Shown here one piece after another: positions 1 through 6,868 of a stretch of 32,000 nucleotides of DNA. The translations under genes were made by a program, and so were the position numbers. Location: assembly GCA_910588245.1 (NCBI GenBank), contig CAJUQP010000008.1, positions 56,706-88,705 of the forward strand, given 5' to 3'. The notes beneath the pieces were generated by a model. It was given only the letters and a program-made list of their open reading frames with translations. It had not been told where the DNA came from and did no database searches. Position 1 is the stretch's first letter; every line of letters begins with the position of its first letter. The stretch comes from an uncultured Muribaculaceae bacterium (GTDB lineage Bacteria; Bacteroidota; Bacteroidia; Bacteroidales; Muribaculaceae).

Positions 1-255
1 GTCCAGGAGAAGATTGATGATCTACAGGCAAACATTGATCAGCGCAATAATGATATCAAAGAAGCGAATGAAACGATTGCCGAGATTCAGGCCAAGCTTG
101 ATGCCGGTGATGATCCTTCATCCCTCATTGACATTCAAGAACTCGAAGCCCAGATCGCCACTATGGAGACCGAGGTGACTGTACTTCAGAAGAAGGTAGA
201 CCTTGCCAAGGCTGCTCTCGACGCTGCTATGGCTGAGGATGCTCCCGCTGAGTAA
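1..255 (+). CDS. 3' end (84 codons plus stop) of an Ala-rich coiled-coil surface lipoprotein, paralog of 1083..3008; the 5' end lies left of the window
   Basis: Frame 1 is open from nt 1 to TAA at 253..255 (VQEKIDDLQANIDQ...AKAALDAAMAEDAPAE*). It aligns without gaps to the last 84 aa of the 641-aa ORF at about 50% identity by eye, and the last 17 aa are identical. It is absent from the ORF track because no start codon lies in the window. Confidence 0.8.
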   Translation, partial: VQEKIDDLQANIDQRNNDIKEANETIAEIQAKLDAGDDPSSLIDIQELEAQIATMETEVTVLQKKVDLAKAALDAAMAEDAPAE

Positions 256-1053
256 TTTAGTCCCCGTAAAACGGCAAACAATTTAAAAGTAGAAAAAATG
301 AAACTTCACAGACTTTTAATTTCAGCCGTTCTACCCATGATGTGTCTTACCGTCGCCGCTCAGGAGAGCGACAATACCCCGCAGAAGGGGGACTTCACCG
401 TAGCGGCTACGGTAGGATACAACAGTTTTACAAATGTCTCCGCTCTCCCCGGAAACCTCACCGACTACGAGGCTTCGGCCATCTCCAACCTATGGAGCGA
501 CAAGAAGCTGATGGTCGGGTTCGAAGGCGGATGGTTCGTCGGAGACAGATGGAAACTTAATCTGGGAGGAGGACTGAACTTCACCCACAACCCCGGTTAT
601 CCGGATCTACCCGGAACAATCGACGGGACCACAGGTGACGACACCTTGGGAGAGATACCCAACTACAGGGCCGTGGCAAGCCAGTATTCATGCAACTACA
701 ACGTGTATACAGGCCTCGACCGCTACTTCTCTTTCCCCAATGTCAGCAACCTGATGTGGTACACCGGAGTGCGTGTAGGCTTCGCCTACGCCCTCAACGA
801 ACAGAAATACGACGAATGGACTTCGATGGGCAAGTCCGTAGGCCAGACCTGGAGTCTCCGCGGAAGCCTTACCCTCGGATTCGATTACTACCTGCTCCCG
901 GCAATGTATGTCGGTGTCTCGGTCGATCCGTTTGCGTATTCCTACAACATGACTACCTACCGTCCGCAGGAGGGGCTATCTTCGCTCGAGGCTGACAGCA
1001 GCAATTTCTCGATCCTGGCAGCCCCAACCCTAAAGATCGGATTCAAATTCTAA
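204..1053. repeat. Direct repeat copy 1 (~850 bp): lipoprotein 3' tail, 42-nt spacer and the whole beta-barrel gene
   Basis: Matches 2957..3806 at an offset of 2753 bp. I found five differences: 219/2972, 228/2981, 1008/3761, 1041/3794 and 1052/3805. ORF-track translations are identical in three reading frames (298/3051, 342/3095, 690/3443), so the interior is essentially nucleotide-identical. Confidence 0.92.
298..1053 (+). CDS. Outer-membrane beta-barrel protein, 251 aa (OMP_b-brl-like; possibly the BT1926-type barrel family)
   Basis: Signal peptide MKLHRLLISAVLPMMCLTVAAQ. Alternating hydrophobic, Gly/aromatic-rich strands follow. The C-terminus LKIGFKF ends in Phe, typical of BAM-dependent barrels. 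It lies 42 nt downstream of a lipoprotein gene. Confidence 0.85.
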   Translation: MKLHRLLISAVLPMMCLTVAAQESDNTPQKGDFTVAATVGYNSFTNVSALPGNLTDYEASAISNLWSDKKLMVGFEGGWFVGDRWKLNLGGGLNFTHNPGYPDLPGTIDGTTGDDTLGEIPNYRAVASQYSCNYNVYTGLDRYFSFPNVSNLMWYTGVRVGFAYALNEQKYDEWTSMGKSVGQTWSLRGSLTLGFDYYLLPAMYVGVSVDPFAYSYNMTTYRPQEGLSSLEADSSNFSILAAPTLKIGFKF

Positions 1054-1082
1054 CCAAAGCAAACAATACAAAAAAATAACCT

Positions 1083-3008
1083 ATGAAACAGAAACTTTTC
1101 TTAGGAGCACTTCTCTTGGGAGCTTTGACTCTCAACAGCTGTGTCGACGACACAGAGAACATTGGCGTCACCAACGTACGCCAGGCAAAAGCCGAGCAGA
1201 TAAAGGCTTTGGCCGAATACAACAAGGCCGAGGCCGAGGCTAAAATCACTAAGGCCAACACTTTCAAGGCCGCTCAGGAAGCCTTGGCAGAATATAAGAA
1301 TGCATTGGCCGCTGTGGAAGAAGCCAAAGCGGCAGTCCGTCAGGCGCAGGCCGAAGGTAAAGCCGCTGATGCGGAAAGAGCCCAGATTATTCTTCAGCAG
1401 GCACAGATGGATCTCCAGAACTATGCCAAACAGGTTGAAGTGAATGCGGCAGCCTTGGAAGCAAGCCTTCTTAATTGGCAGAGACGCATAATAGAGAAAC
1501 AAATGGAGCTACAGGCTGAAATCAAAGGTTCATCCCCCGATGAAGCTGTCGAACTTCAGAAACTTCTCAAAGCCTATACAGATGCCTCTTCCGCAGTTTC
1601 ATCAACCGAAGCATCTCTTGCAAGGACTCGCCTTTCCTTGGAAAGTGTAAAGGCAGGACTTCTTTCCACGAAAGAGGGATATGAGCAAACAATCACACTC
1701 AATCAAAACAACATTAAGGAGGCTCAGGACGATATCGCAGAATTGGAAGCTCAGCTTGCCGTCTATGAGGGATACACCAATGTAACTGAAGCAAATGATG
1801 CTCTTGAAAAAGTCAAAGAGCAAATCCCAGTCCTGCAAGACACATATAAGGATCTCTATGCTGCGTATTTGTTGCAGAACGACAAGCTGAACAATGCTTA
1901 CAATGCAATGGAGAACTCGGCATATAAGCAGAACGTGAAAAAAATCGAATATCAGCTCATTAATAATGAGAATTGGAACTGGTATTGGAATATAATTACG
2001 GATGGATACACCAATTCCGATAATATGTACATTGTAACGTCAATTTACGCAGCTTCGTATAAATTGAATACTACTACAGGAATTTGGGGAGAAGTAAAGA
2101 TCCCCGTCTTCAATGGAGATGTTCCTGTCAAGAAGGAGGTCGAGTATTCTTATGCTGAAGGGCAGAAAATTGAAACGCAGCCTTACTATGTCTACAATGA
2201 CTACTACATGCCTGTAAAGGATGGTTTCACAAAATTTGAAGCAGCTGTAAAAGCTGACATCAAAGCCACAGAACAGAAAGCGCTCGATGATGCCAAGGCT
2301 GAGTACACTAAAAAAGAGACTGCGCAGAAAGCAGCCGCCACAGCCAAGGAGGCAGCAGATGCCGCACTCAAGGCTGCTCAGGCAGCATTGACCGCTGCCG
2401 GCGACAATGCAACCGAAGCCCAGAAAAAAGCTGTAAAAGATGCCGAAGGCACTGTAGCATCTGCCAAAGCTACTCTTGACACAGCAAATGCCGAACTTGC
2501 AACAGAGAAAGACAATGTCGAGAATGCTCAGAATGCACTGGATGCTGTCAACGAGAAGCTTGCCGAGATTAAAGCCATCTATGACACAGCCGTTGCCGGA
2601 GTATCGGACAATGAGGCCAATATGAAGGCTTACAATGACGAATCGCTCAAAGCAGCTCAGGCATGGGTGGCTCAAGACAAGGCTGAGAATACTCTTACTC
2701 TCAAGAATTCAGAAAAGAGATCGTTACAGAACATCGTCAACAATGGTGGGAATATTCTCTATGAGATCAAGTATCTCAAGGAGCAGATCGAAAGCAAGAA
2801 CAATGATATCGCCGGCTACGAGAAAGCTATCAAGGATGCCGAGGCTGAACTCGCCAAGGGAGATGATGCAAGCAAGCTTAAACTCATACAGTGGTATGAA
2901 AATAGCATTGCTATATTGGAGACCCAGTTAAGCGTTCAACAAAAAGTATATGACGCTGCCAAGGCTGCTCTTGACGCTGCCATGGCTGAGGATGCTCCCG
3001 CTGAGTAA
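1083..3008 (+). CDS. Surface lipoprotein, 641 aa: lipobox, N-terminal Ala-rich coiled coil, aromatic-rich central module, C-terminal Ala-rich coiled coil (S-layer-like candidate)
   Basis: MKQKLFLGALLLGALTLNSC has a signal peptide and lipobox Cys20. Long heptad-like A/E/K/Q-rich segments occupy aa ~30-270 and ~385-641. The central aa ~280-385 contain 14 Tyr and 4 Trp. The start is 29 nt after the upstream barrel gene. Confidence 0.85.
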   Translation: MKQKLFLGALLLGALTLNSCVDDTENIGVTNVRQAKAEQIKALAEYNKAEAEAKITKANTFKAAQEALAEYKNALAAVEEAKAAVRQAQAEGKAADAERAQIILQQAQMDLQNYAKQVEVNAAALEASLLNWQRRIIEKQMELQAEIKGSSPDEAVELQKLLKAYTDASSAVSSTEASLARTRLSLESVKAGLLSTKEGYEQTITLNQNNIKEAQDDIAELEAQLAVYEGYTNVTEANDALEKVKEQIPVLQDTYKDLYAAYLLQNDKLNNAYNAMENSAYKQNVKKIEYQLINNENWNWYWNIITDGYTNSDNMYIVTSIYAASYKLNTTTGIWGEVKIPVFNGDVPVKKEVEYSYAEGQKIETQPYYVYNDYYMPVKDGFTKFEAAVKADIKATEQKALDDAKAEYTKKETAQKAAATAKEAADAALKAAQAALTAAGDNATEAQKKAVKDAEGTVASAKATLDTANAELATEKDNVENAQNALDAVNEKLAEIKAIYDTAVAGVSDNEANMKAYNDESLKAAQAWVAQDKAENTLTLKNSEKRSLQNIVNNGGNILYEIKYLKEQIESKNNDIAGYEKAIKDAEAELAKGDDASKLKLIQWYENSIAILETQLSVQQKVYDAAKAALDAAMAEDAPAE

Positions 3009-3806
3009 TTTAGTCCCCGTAAAACGGCAAACAATTTAAAAGTAGAAAAAATGAAACTTCACAGACTTTTAATTTCAGCCGTTCTACCCATGATGTGTCT
3101 TACCGTCGCCGCTCAGGAGAGCGACAATACCCCGCAGAAGGGGGACTTCACCGTAGCGGCTACGGTAGGATACAACAGTTTTACAAATGTCTCCGCTCTC
3201 CCCGGAAACCTCACCGACTACGAGGCTTCGGCCATCTCCAACCTATGGAGCGACAAGAAGCTGATGGTCGGGTTCGAAGGCGGATGGTTCGTCGGAGACA
3301 GATGGAAACTTAATCTGGGAGGAGGACTGAACTTCACCCACAACCCCGGTTATCCGGATCTACCCGGAACAATCGACGGGACCACAGGTGACGACACCTT
3401 GGGAGAGATACCCAACTACAGGGCCGTGGCAAGCCAGTATTCATGCAACTACAACGTGTATACAGGCCTCGACCGCTACTTCTCTTTCCCCAATGTCAGC
3501 AACCTGATGTGGTACACCGGAGTGCGTGTAGGCTTCGCCTACGCCCTCAACGAACAGAAATACGACGAATGGACTTCGATGGGCAAGTCCGTAGGCCAGA
3601 CCTGGAGTCTCCGCGGAAGCCTTACCCTCGGATTCGATTACTACCTGCTCCCGGCAATGTATGTCGGTGTCTCGGTCGATCCGTTTGCGTATTCCTACAA
3701 CATGACTACCTACCGTCCGCAGGAGGGGCTATCTTCGCTCGAGGCTGACAGCAGCAATTTTTCGATCCTGGCAGCCCCAACCCTAAAGATCGGTTTCAAA
3801 TTCTGA
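2957..3806. repeat. Direct repeat copy 2 (~850 bp), partner of 204..1053
   Basis: Same evidence as copy 1. Identity stops exactly at the stop codon (TAA in copy 1, TGA in copy 2), and the flanks diverge immediately after it. Confidence 0.92.
3051..3806 (+). CDS. Outer-membrane beta-barrel protein, 251 aa, protein-identical duplicate of 298..1053
   Basis: The translation is 251/251 identical to 298..1053. The only coding differences are synonymous: TTC/TTT at 1008/3761 and GGA/GGT at 1041/3794. Confidence 0.85.
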   Translation: MKLHRLLISAVLPMMCLTVAAQESDNTPQKGDFTVAATVGYNSFTNVSALPGNLTDYEASAISNLWSDKKLMVGFEGGWFVGDRWKLNLGGGLNFTHNPGYPDLPGTIDGTTGDDTLGEIPNYRAVASQYSCNYNVYTGLDRYFSFPNVSNLMWYTGVRVGFAYALNEQKYDEWTSMGKSVGQTWSLRGSLTLGFDYYLLPAMYVGVSVDPFAYSYNMTTYRPQEGLSSLEADSSNFSILAAPTLKIGFKF

Positions 3807-3812
3807 AATAAC

Positions 3813-3878
3813 GCCTTGTCCGCGGAGAGTCAAACACCCCATGGGCTTCTGTAAGCGGCAACCAACCGCGGATAAGGC
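3813..3878 (+). other. 13-bp inverted repeat (one G-U pair) with a 40-nt spacer, 7 nt after the barrel stop codon; possible 3'-UTR RNA structure
   Basis: gccttgtccgcgg (3813..3825) pairs with ccgcggataaggc (3866..3878). Position 3818 G pairs with 3873 T as a wobble on the + strand transcript. Confidence 0.35.
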
Positions 3879-3972
3879 ATGACCGTAAAACATTTTTTAA
3901 TGTGGTGAGAAGACGGGTAGCCCCCTTTTTATCTCGTTGTCAAGGTGTGGCCCCTCTTCATTTTTCAAGTCT

Positions 3973-4015
3973 GAAGGACGCGATGACGTGATGTCAGCGC
4001 GCCCTTCTCCTTTTT
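3973..4015 (+). terminator. Candidate intrinsic terminator of the lipoprotein/barrel operon
   Basis: GC-rich hairpin: gaagg-a-cgcg-a-tgac [gtgat] gtca-g-cgcg-c-ccttc (3973..4007). It has 13 pairs with two 1x1 mismatches and is followed by tcc then ttttt (4011..4015). Confidence 0.5.
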
Positions 4016-4107
4016 ACAATTAGTAATTAGAAATTTGCAATTAGCAATTGCTGAAAGCCTTTTTTACAATTTGCAATTAGAAATTTGCAATTAGCAATTG
4101 CTGAAAG
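4011..4107. repeat. Tandem 47-nt repeat, two copies (period 50 bp), with a nested 13-mer aatt(t/a)g(c/t)aattag and the palindrome gcaattgc
   Basis: 4011..4057 tttttacaattagtaattagaaatttgcaattagcaattgctgaaag matches 4061..4107 tttttacaatttgcaattagaaatttgcaattagcaattgctgaaag at 45/47. The 13-mer occurs four times: 4018, 4032, 4068 and 4082. Confidence 0.9.
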
Positions 4108-4295
4108 ATGATTTTATAATTACGGAAATGAAATCATCGGTTTCGGGGAGTTAATACGGCTTTGCGTAATCTATCATCAATTATAATCATCCGGCAACTA
4201 TCAATTATAAGCCGGGGCGAGAGGCGGGATTGAAGAATGTCGATATTGTGCTATAGAAAGTCGATATTTTCATAGAATATGGCGGATAATCGCTG

Positions 4296-4330
4296 TAATT
4301 TTGTAAATTGGTTGAAATCGTTTAAATTTG
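4296..4330 (+). promoter_or_regulatory. Two candidate Bacteroides -7 boxes (TAnnTTTG) upstream of the GH95 gene
   Basis: TAATTTTG at 4296..4303 and TAAATTTG at 4323..4330. They lie 96 and 69 nt upstream of the preferred ATG at 4399. This is a motif match only. Confidence 0.3.
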
Positions 4331-4398
4331 CATGTAATTCATACAGACCTATACGACGTGACATCATCCTACAACACGGCATAACACCCATCCACAAT

Positions 4399-6840
4399 AT
4401 GAACAGACTTGACATTCTGCTGGCCATAGCAATGGCAGCATCGCCCGGGGTCGCGGCCATCAACGCGGCATCACCTGCCGGAACAAATTCCGGCAACAAT
4501 CCGCTGACCCTGATCTTCGACCGTCCCGCAGACTTCTTCGAGGAGACTTTCGTGATCGGCAACGGCACACAGGGAGCTATCGTTTACGGCAATCCATCGC
4601 GTGAACGGCTATCGCTCAACGACATCACTTTCTGGACAGGAGGCCCTGACACGGCAGTATATTCCCCCGGCGCATACAAGGCGATACCGGATATCCGCGC
4701 CGCTCTCGACAAGGGAGATTATGCTCTCGCCGAACAGCTCCAAAAGAAGGTGCAGGGCCACTACACGGAAAACTATCAGCCCATCGGCAACCTATTCATA
4801 GATTTCGCCGACAAATCGCAGCCCGAGAACTACCGGCGCACGCTCGACCTCAACACCGCCCGCGTGAAGACCACATACACGAAGGGGGGCAACGAGATAA
4901 CTACGGAATATCTCGCATCGGCGCCCGACAGCCTGATAGCGGTGAGGATACGCTCACAGCGTCCTATCAACCTGTCGCTGAGTTTCGAATCTCCGGTGAA
5001 ATACAGCGTGACCTCCTCCGGTTCGCGTATAATGGCTGAAGGACAGGCCGGCACGCACTCGCTCCCGTCGTATGTGGAGGGAAACCTTGCCAAAAATCTT
5101 ACATATGAGGGGGAACGAGGCATACGGTTCCGCACCGATATCTCAGCATACACCCCCGCAGGAAAGATCACGGCCACCCCTCAGGGAAGCCTTGACGTGG
5201 CAGGCACCACCGACCTCACCATCTACGTCACCATAGCCACAAACTTCGCGGGAGCATCCGCCGATCCCAACACCGCGGGCGTAGACTATAAAGGACGCGC
5301 CGACCGTCTGGCCGACAAAGCCTTGCAAGCCGGTTTCATGAAGATCGCCGACCGCCAGCTCGCCGACTATTCAGAGCTTTTCTCGCGCGTGACAATCGAC
5401 TTCGGCGACTCTCCGGCGGCATACAACGCAATGCCGACGGGAAAGCGACTGATGCAATATACCGACGCCCACACCTACGACCCCGACCTGGAGGAACTCT
5501 ACTTCCAATACGGCCGCTATCTGCTGATCAGCTGCTCGCGCACTCCCCGCGTGCCAGCGAATCTCCAGGGGCTATGGAATGAATCCCTGCTTCCGCCATG
5601 GAGTTCGAACTACACCTCCAATATCAATCTGGAGGAGAACTACTGGCCGGCAGAGGTGACCAACCTGAGCGAGCTGCACATGCCTATGCTCACATTCATC
5701 AGCCAGCTTCCCACTACCGGGGAGACGACAGCCCGCGAGTATTACGGAGCGAAGCGCGGATGGAGCCTGGGGCACAACACCGACATCTGGGCAATGACAA
5801 ATCCCGTAGGACTCCGCGGAGGCGATCCCTCATGGGCCAACTGGAACACCGGAGGCGCCTGGGTGGTATCGCATATCTGGGAACACTACCTCTTCACGCA
5901 GGACAAGGCCTTCCTGCGCGAATATTATCCCCTGCTCAAGGGCGCGGCGGAATTCTGTCTCGACTGGATGACGGAAGACAAGGAGGGACATCTCATCACA
6001 TCGCCCGCCACATCGCCGGAGAATAAATTCATAGCTCCCGACGGTAAAGCCTACGCCACAAGCGCCGGAAACTATTCCGACATAGCAATGATCCGCGAGT
6101 GTCTCGAAGACGCCTTAGCGGCTGCGAAAACGCTTAATACGGATGCGTCCCTGCGAAAGGAGATAACCAAGGCCCTCGCACGCATGAAACCATACAGGGT
6201 CGGATCGAAAGGGCAGCTTCAGGAATGGGTGGAGGATTTTCCCGAGCAGGATCCGCAGCACCGCCACCAGAGCCATCTCTACGGACTTTTCCCCGGCCAT
6301 CACATATCGGTGGAGAAGACTCCCGAACTCGCGAAAGCCGCGGCCCGCACCCTTGAGATAAAAGGAGAAAACACCACAGGATGGAGCACCGGATGGCGCG
6401 TGAACCTCCTCGCCCGACTCGCCGACTCGGAGAAGGCTTATTCAATGTACCGCCGGCTGCTGAAATACGTAAGCCCCGACAACTTCAGGGGGTATGACGC
6501 ACGCCATGGCGGAGGCACGTATCCCAACCTCCTCGATGCCCACGCACCTTTCCAGATCGACGGCAACTTCGGTGGCACTGCCGGAGTGGCGGAGATGCTC
6601 CTGCAGTCCACTCCCGAGACGATCACTCTTCTCCCGGCCCTCCCCGACCAGTGGGAATCGGGTAGTTTCAAAGGTCTGAAAGCCCGCGGAGGCTTCGAGA
6701 TAGATGCCGACTGGACAGGGAAAGCCGTCAGAAACCTGACCATAAGCTCGCAGAAAGGCGGGAAGACAACCCTTCTCGTCAACGGCAAGAAGACATCCGT
6801 ATCCCTTAAGCCGGGCGAATCAAAGACGCTACAGTGGTAA
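4399..6840 (+). CDS. Glycoside hydrolase family 95 (alpha-L-fucosidase / alpha-L-galactosidase type), secreted
   Basis: GH95-type N-terminus: LIFDRPADFFEETFVIGNGTQGAIVYGNPSRERLSLNDITFWTGGP. Core motifs include PANLQGLWNE, NINLEENYW and TGWSTGWRVNLLARL. I prefer ATG 4399 (MNRLDILLAIAMAASPGVAA, a signal peptide) over the ORF-track start at 4279. Confidence 0.9.
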   Translation: MNRLDILLAIAMAASPGVAAINAASPAGTNSGNNPLTLIFDRPADFFEETFVIGNGTQGAIVYGNPSRERLSLNDITFWTGGPDTAVYSPGAYKAIPDIRAALDKGDYALAEQLQKKVQGHYTENYQPIGNLFIDFADKSQPENYRRTLDLNTARVKTTYTKGGNEITTEYLASAPDSLIAVRIRSQRPINLSLSFESPVKYSVTSSGSRIMAEGQAGTHSLPSYVEGNLAKNLTYEGERGIRFRTDISAYTPAGKITATPQGSLDVAGTTDLTIYVTIATNFAGASADPNTAGVDYKGRADRLADKALQAGFMKIADRQLADYSELFSRVTIDFGDSPAAYNAMPTGKRLMQYTDAHTYDPDLEELYFQYGRYLLISCSRTPRVPANLQGLWNESLLPPWSSNYTSNINLEENYWPAEVTNLSELHMPMLTFISQLPTTGETTAREYYGAKRGWSLGHNTDIWAMTNPVGLRGGDPSWANWNTGGAWVVSHIWEHYLFTQDKAFLREYYPLLKGAAEFCLDWMTEDKEGHLITSPATSPENKFIAPDGKAYATSAGNYSDIAMIRECLEDALAAAKTLNTDASLRKEITKALARMKPYRVGSKGQLQEWVEDFPEQDPQHRHQSHLYGLFPGHHISVEKTPELAKAAARTLEIKGENTTGWSTGWRVNLLARLADSEKAYSMYRRLLKYVSPDNFRGYDARHGGGTYPNLLDAHAPFQIDGNFGGTAGVAEMLLQSTPETITLLPALPDQWESGSFKGLKARGGFEIDADWTGKAVRNLTISSQKGGKTTLLVNGKKTSVSLKPGESKTLQW

Positions 6841-6868
6841 AGGTTAAAGTATTAAAGCTTTAACCTTT
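6839..6868. terminator. Hairpin at a convergent gene junction (possible bidirectional terminator); carries a 20-nt motif repeated at 30042..30061
   Basis: aaaggttaaag (6839..6849) pairs with ctttaaccttt (6858..6868) across an 8-nt loop. It overlaps the GH95 stop (6838..6840) and the stop and last codons of the minus-strand GH63-like gene. The stem is AT-rich, so terminator function is uncertain. Confidence 0.4.

Noticed and set aside
2040-2675. 211-aa ORF on the minus strand inside the lipoprotein gene (also 1101..1502 and 1602..1838)
   Set aside because: These are Cys/Phe/Leu-rich mirror translations of Ala/Glu/Lys coiled-coil codons. They have no start context and no domain resemblance.
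3813-3878. Inverted repeat as the boundary of an invertible (phase-variable) promoter
   Set aside because: The arms enclose only 40 nt, too short to carry a promoter. The element sits downstream of the operon rather than upstream, and no recombinase is nearby. It is more likely a 3' RNA structure.
4011-4107. Possible CRISPR array or minisatellite
   Set aside because: There are only two repeat units, directly adjacent (3-nt gap) with no unique spacers and no cas genes. I report it as a tandem repeat or operator candidate instead.
4279-4398. 40-codon N-terminal extension of the GH95 ORF (MADNRCNFVNWLKSF...)
   Set aside because: The extension has no signal-peptide character and overlaps the candidate promoter boxes. 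A canonical signal peptide begins at the in-frame ATG 4399.
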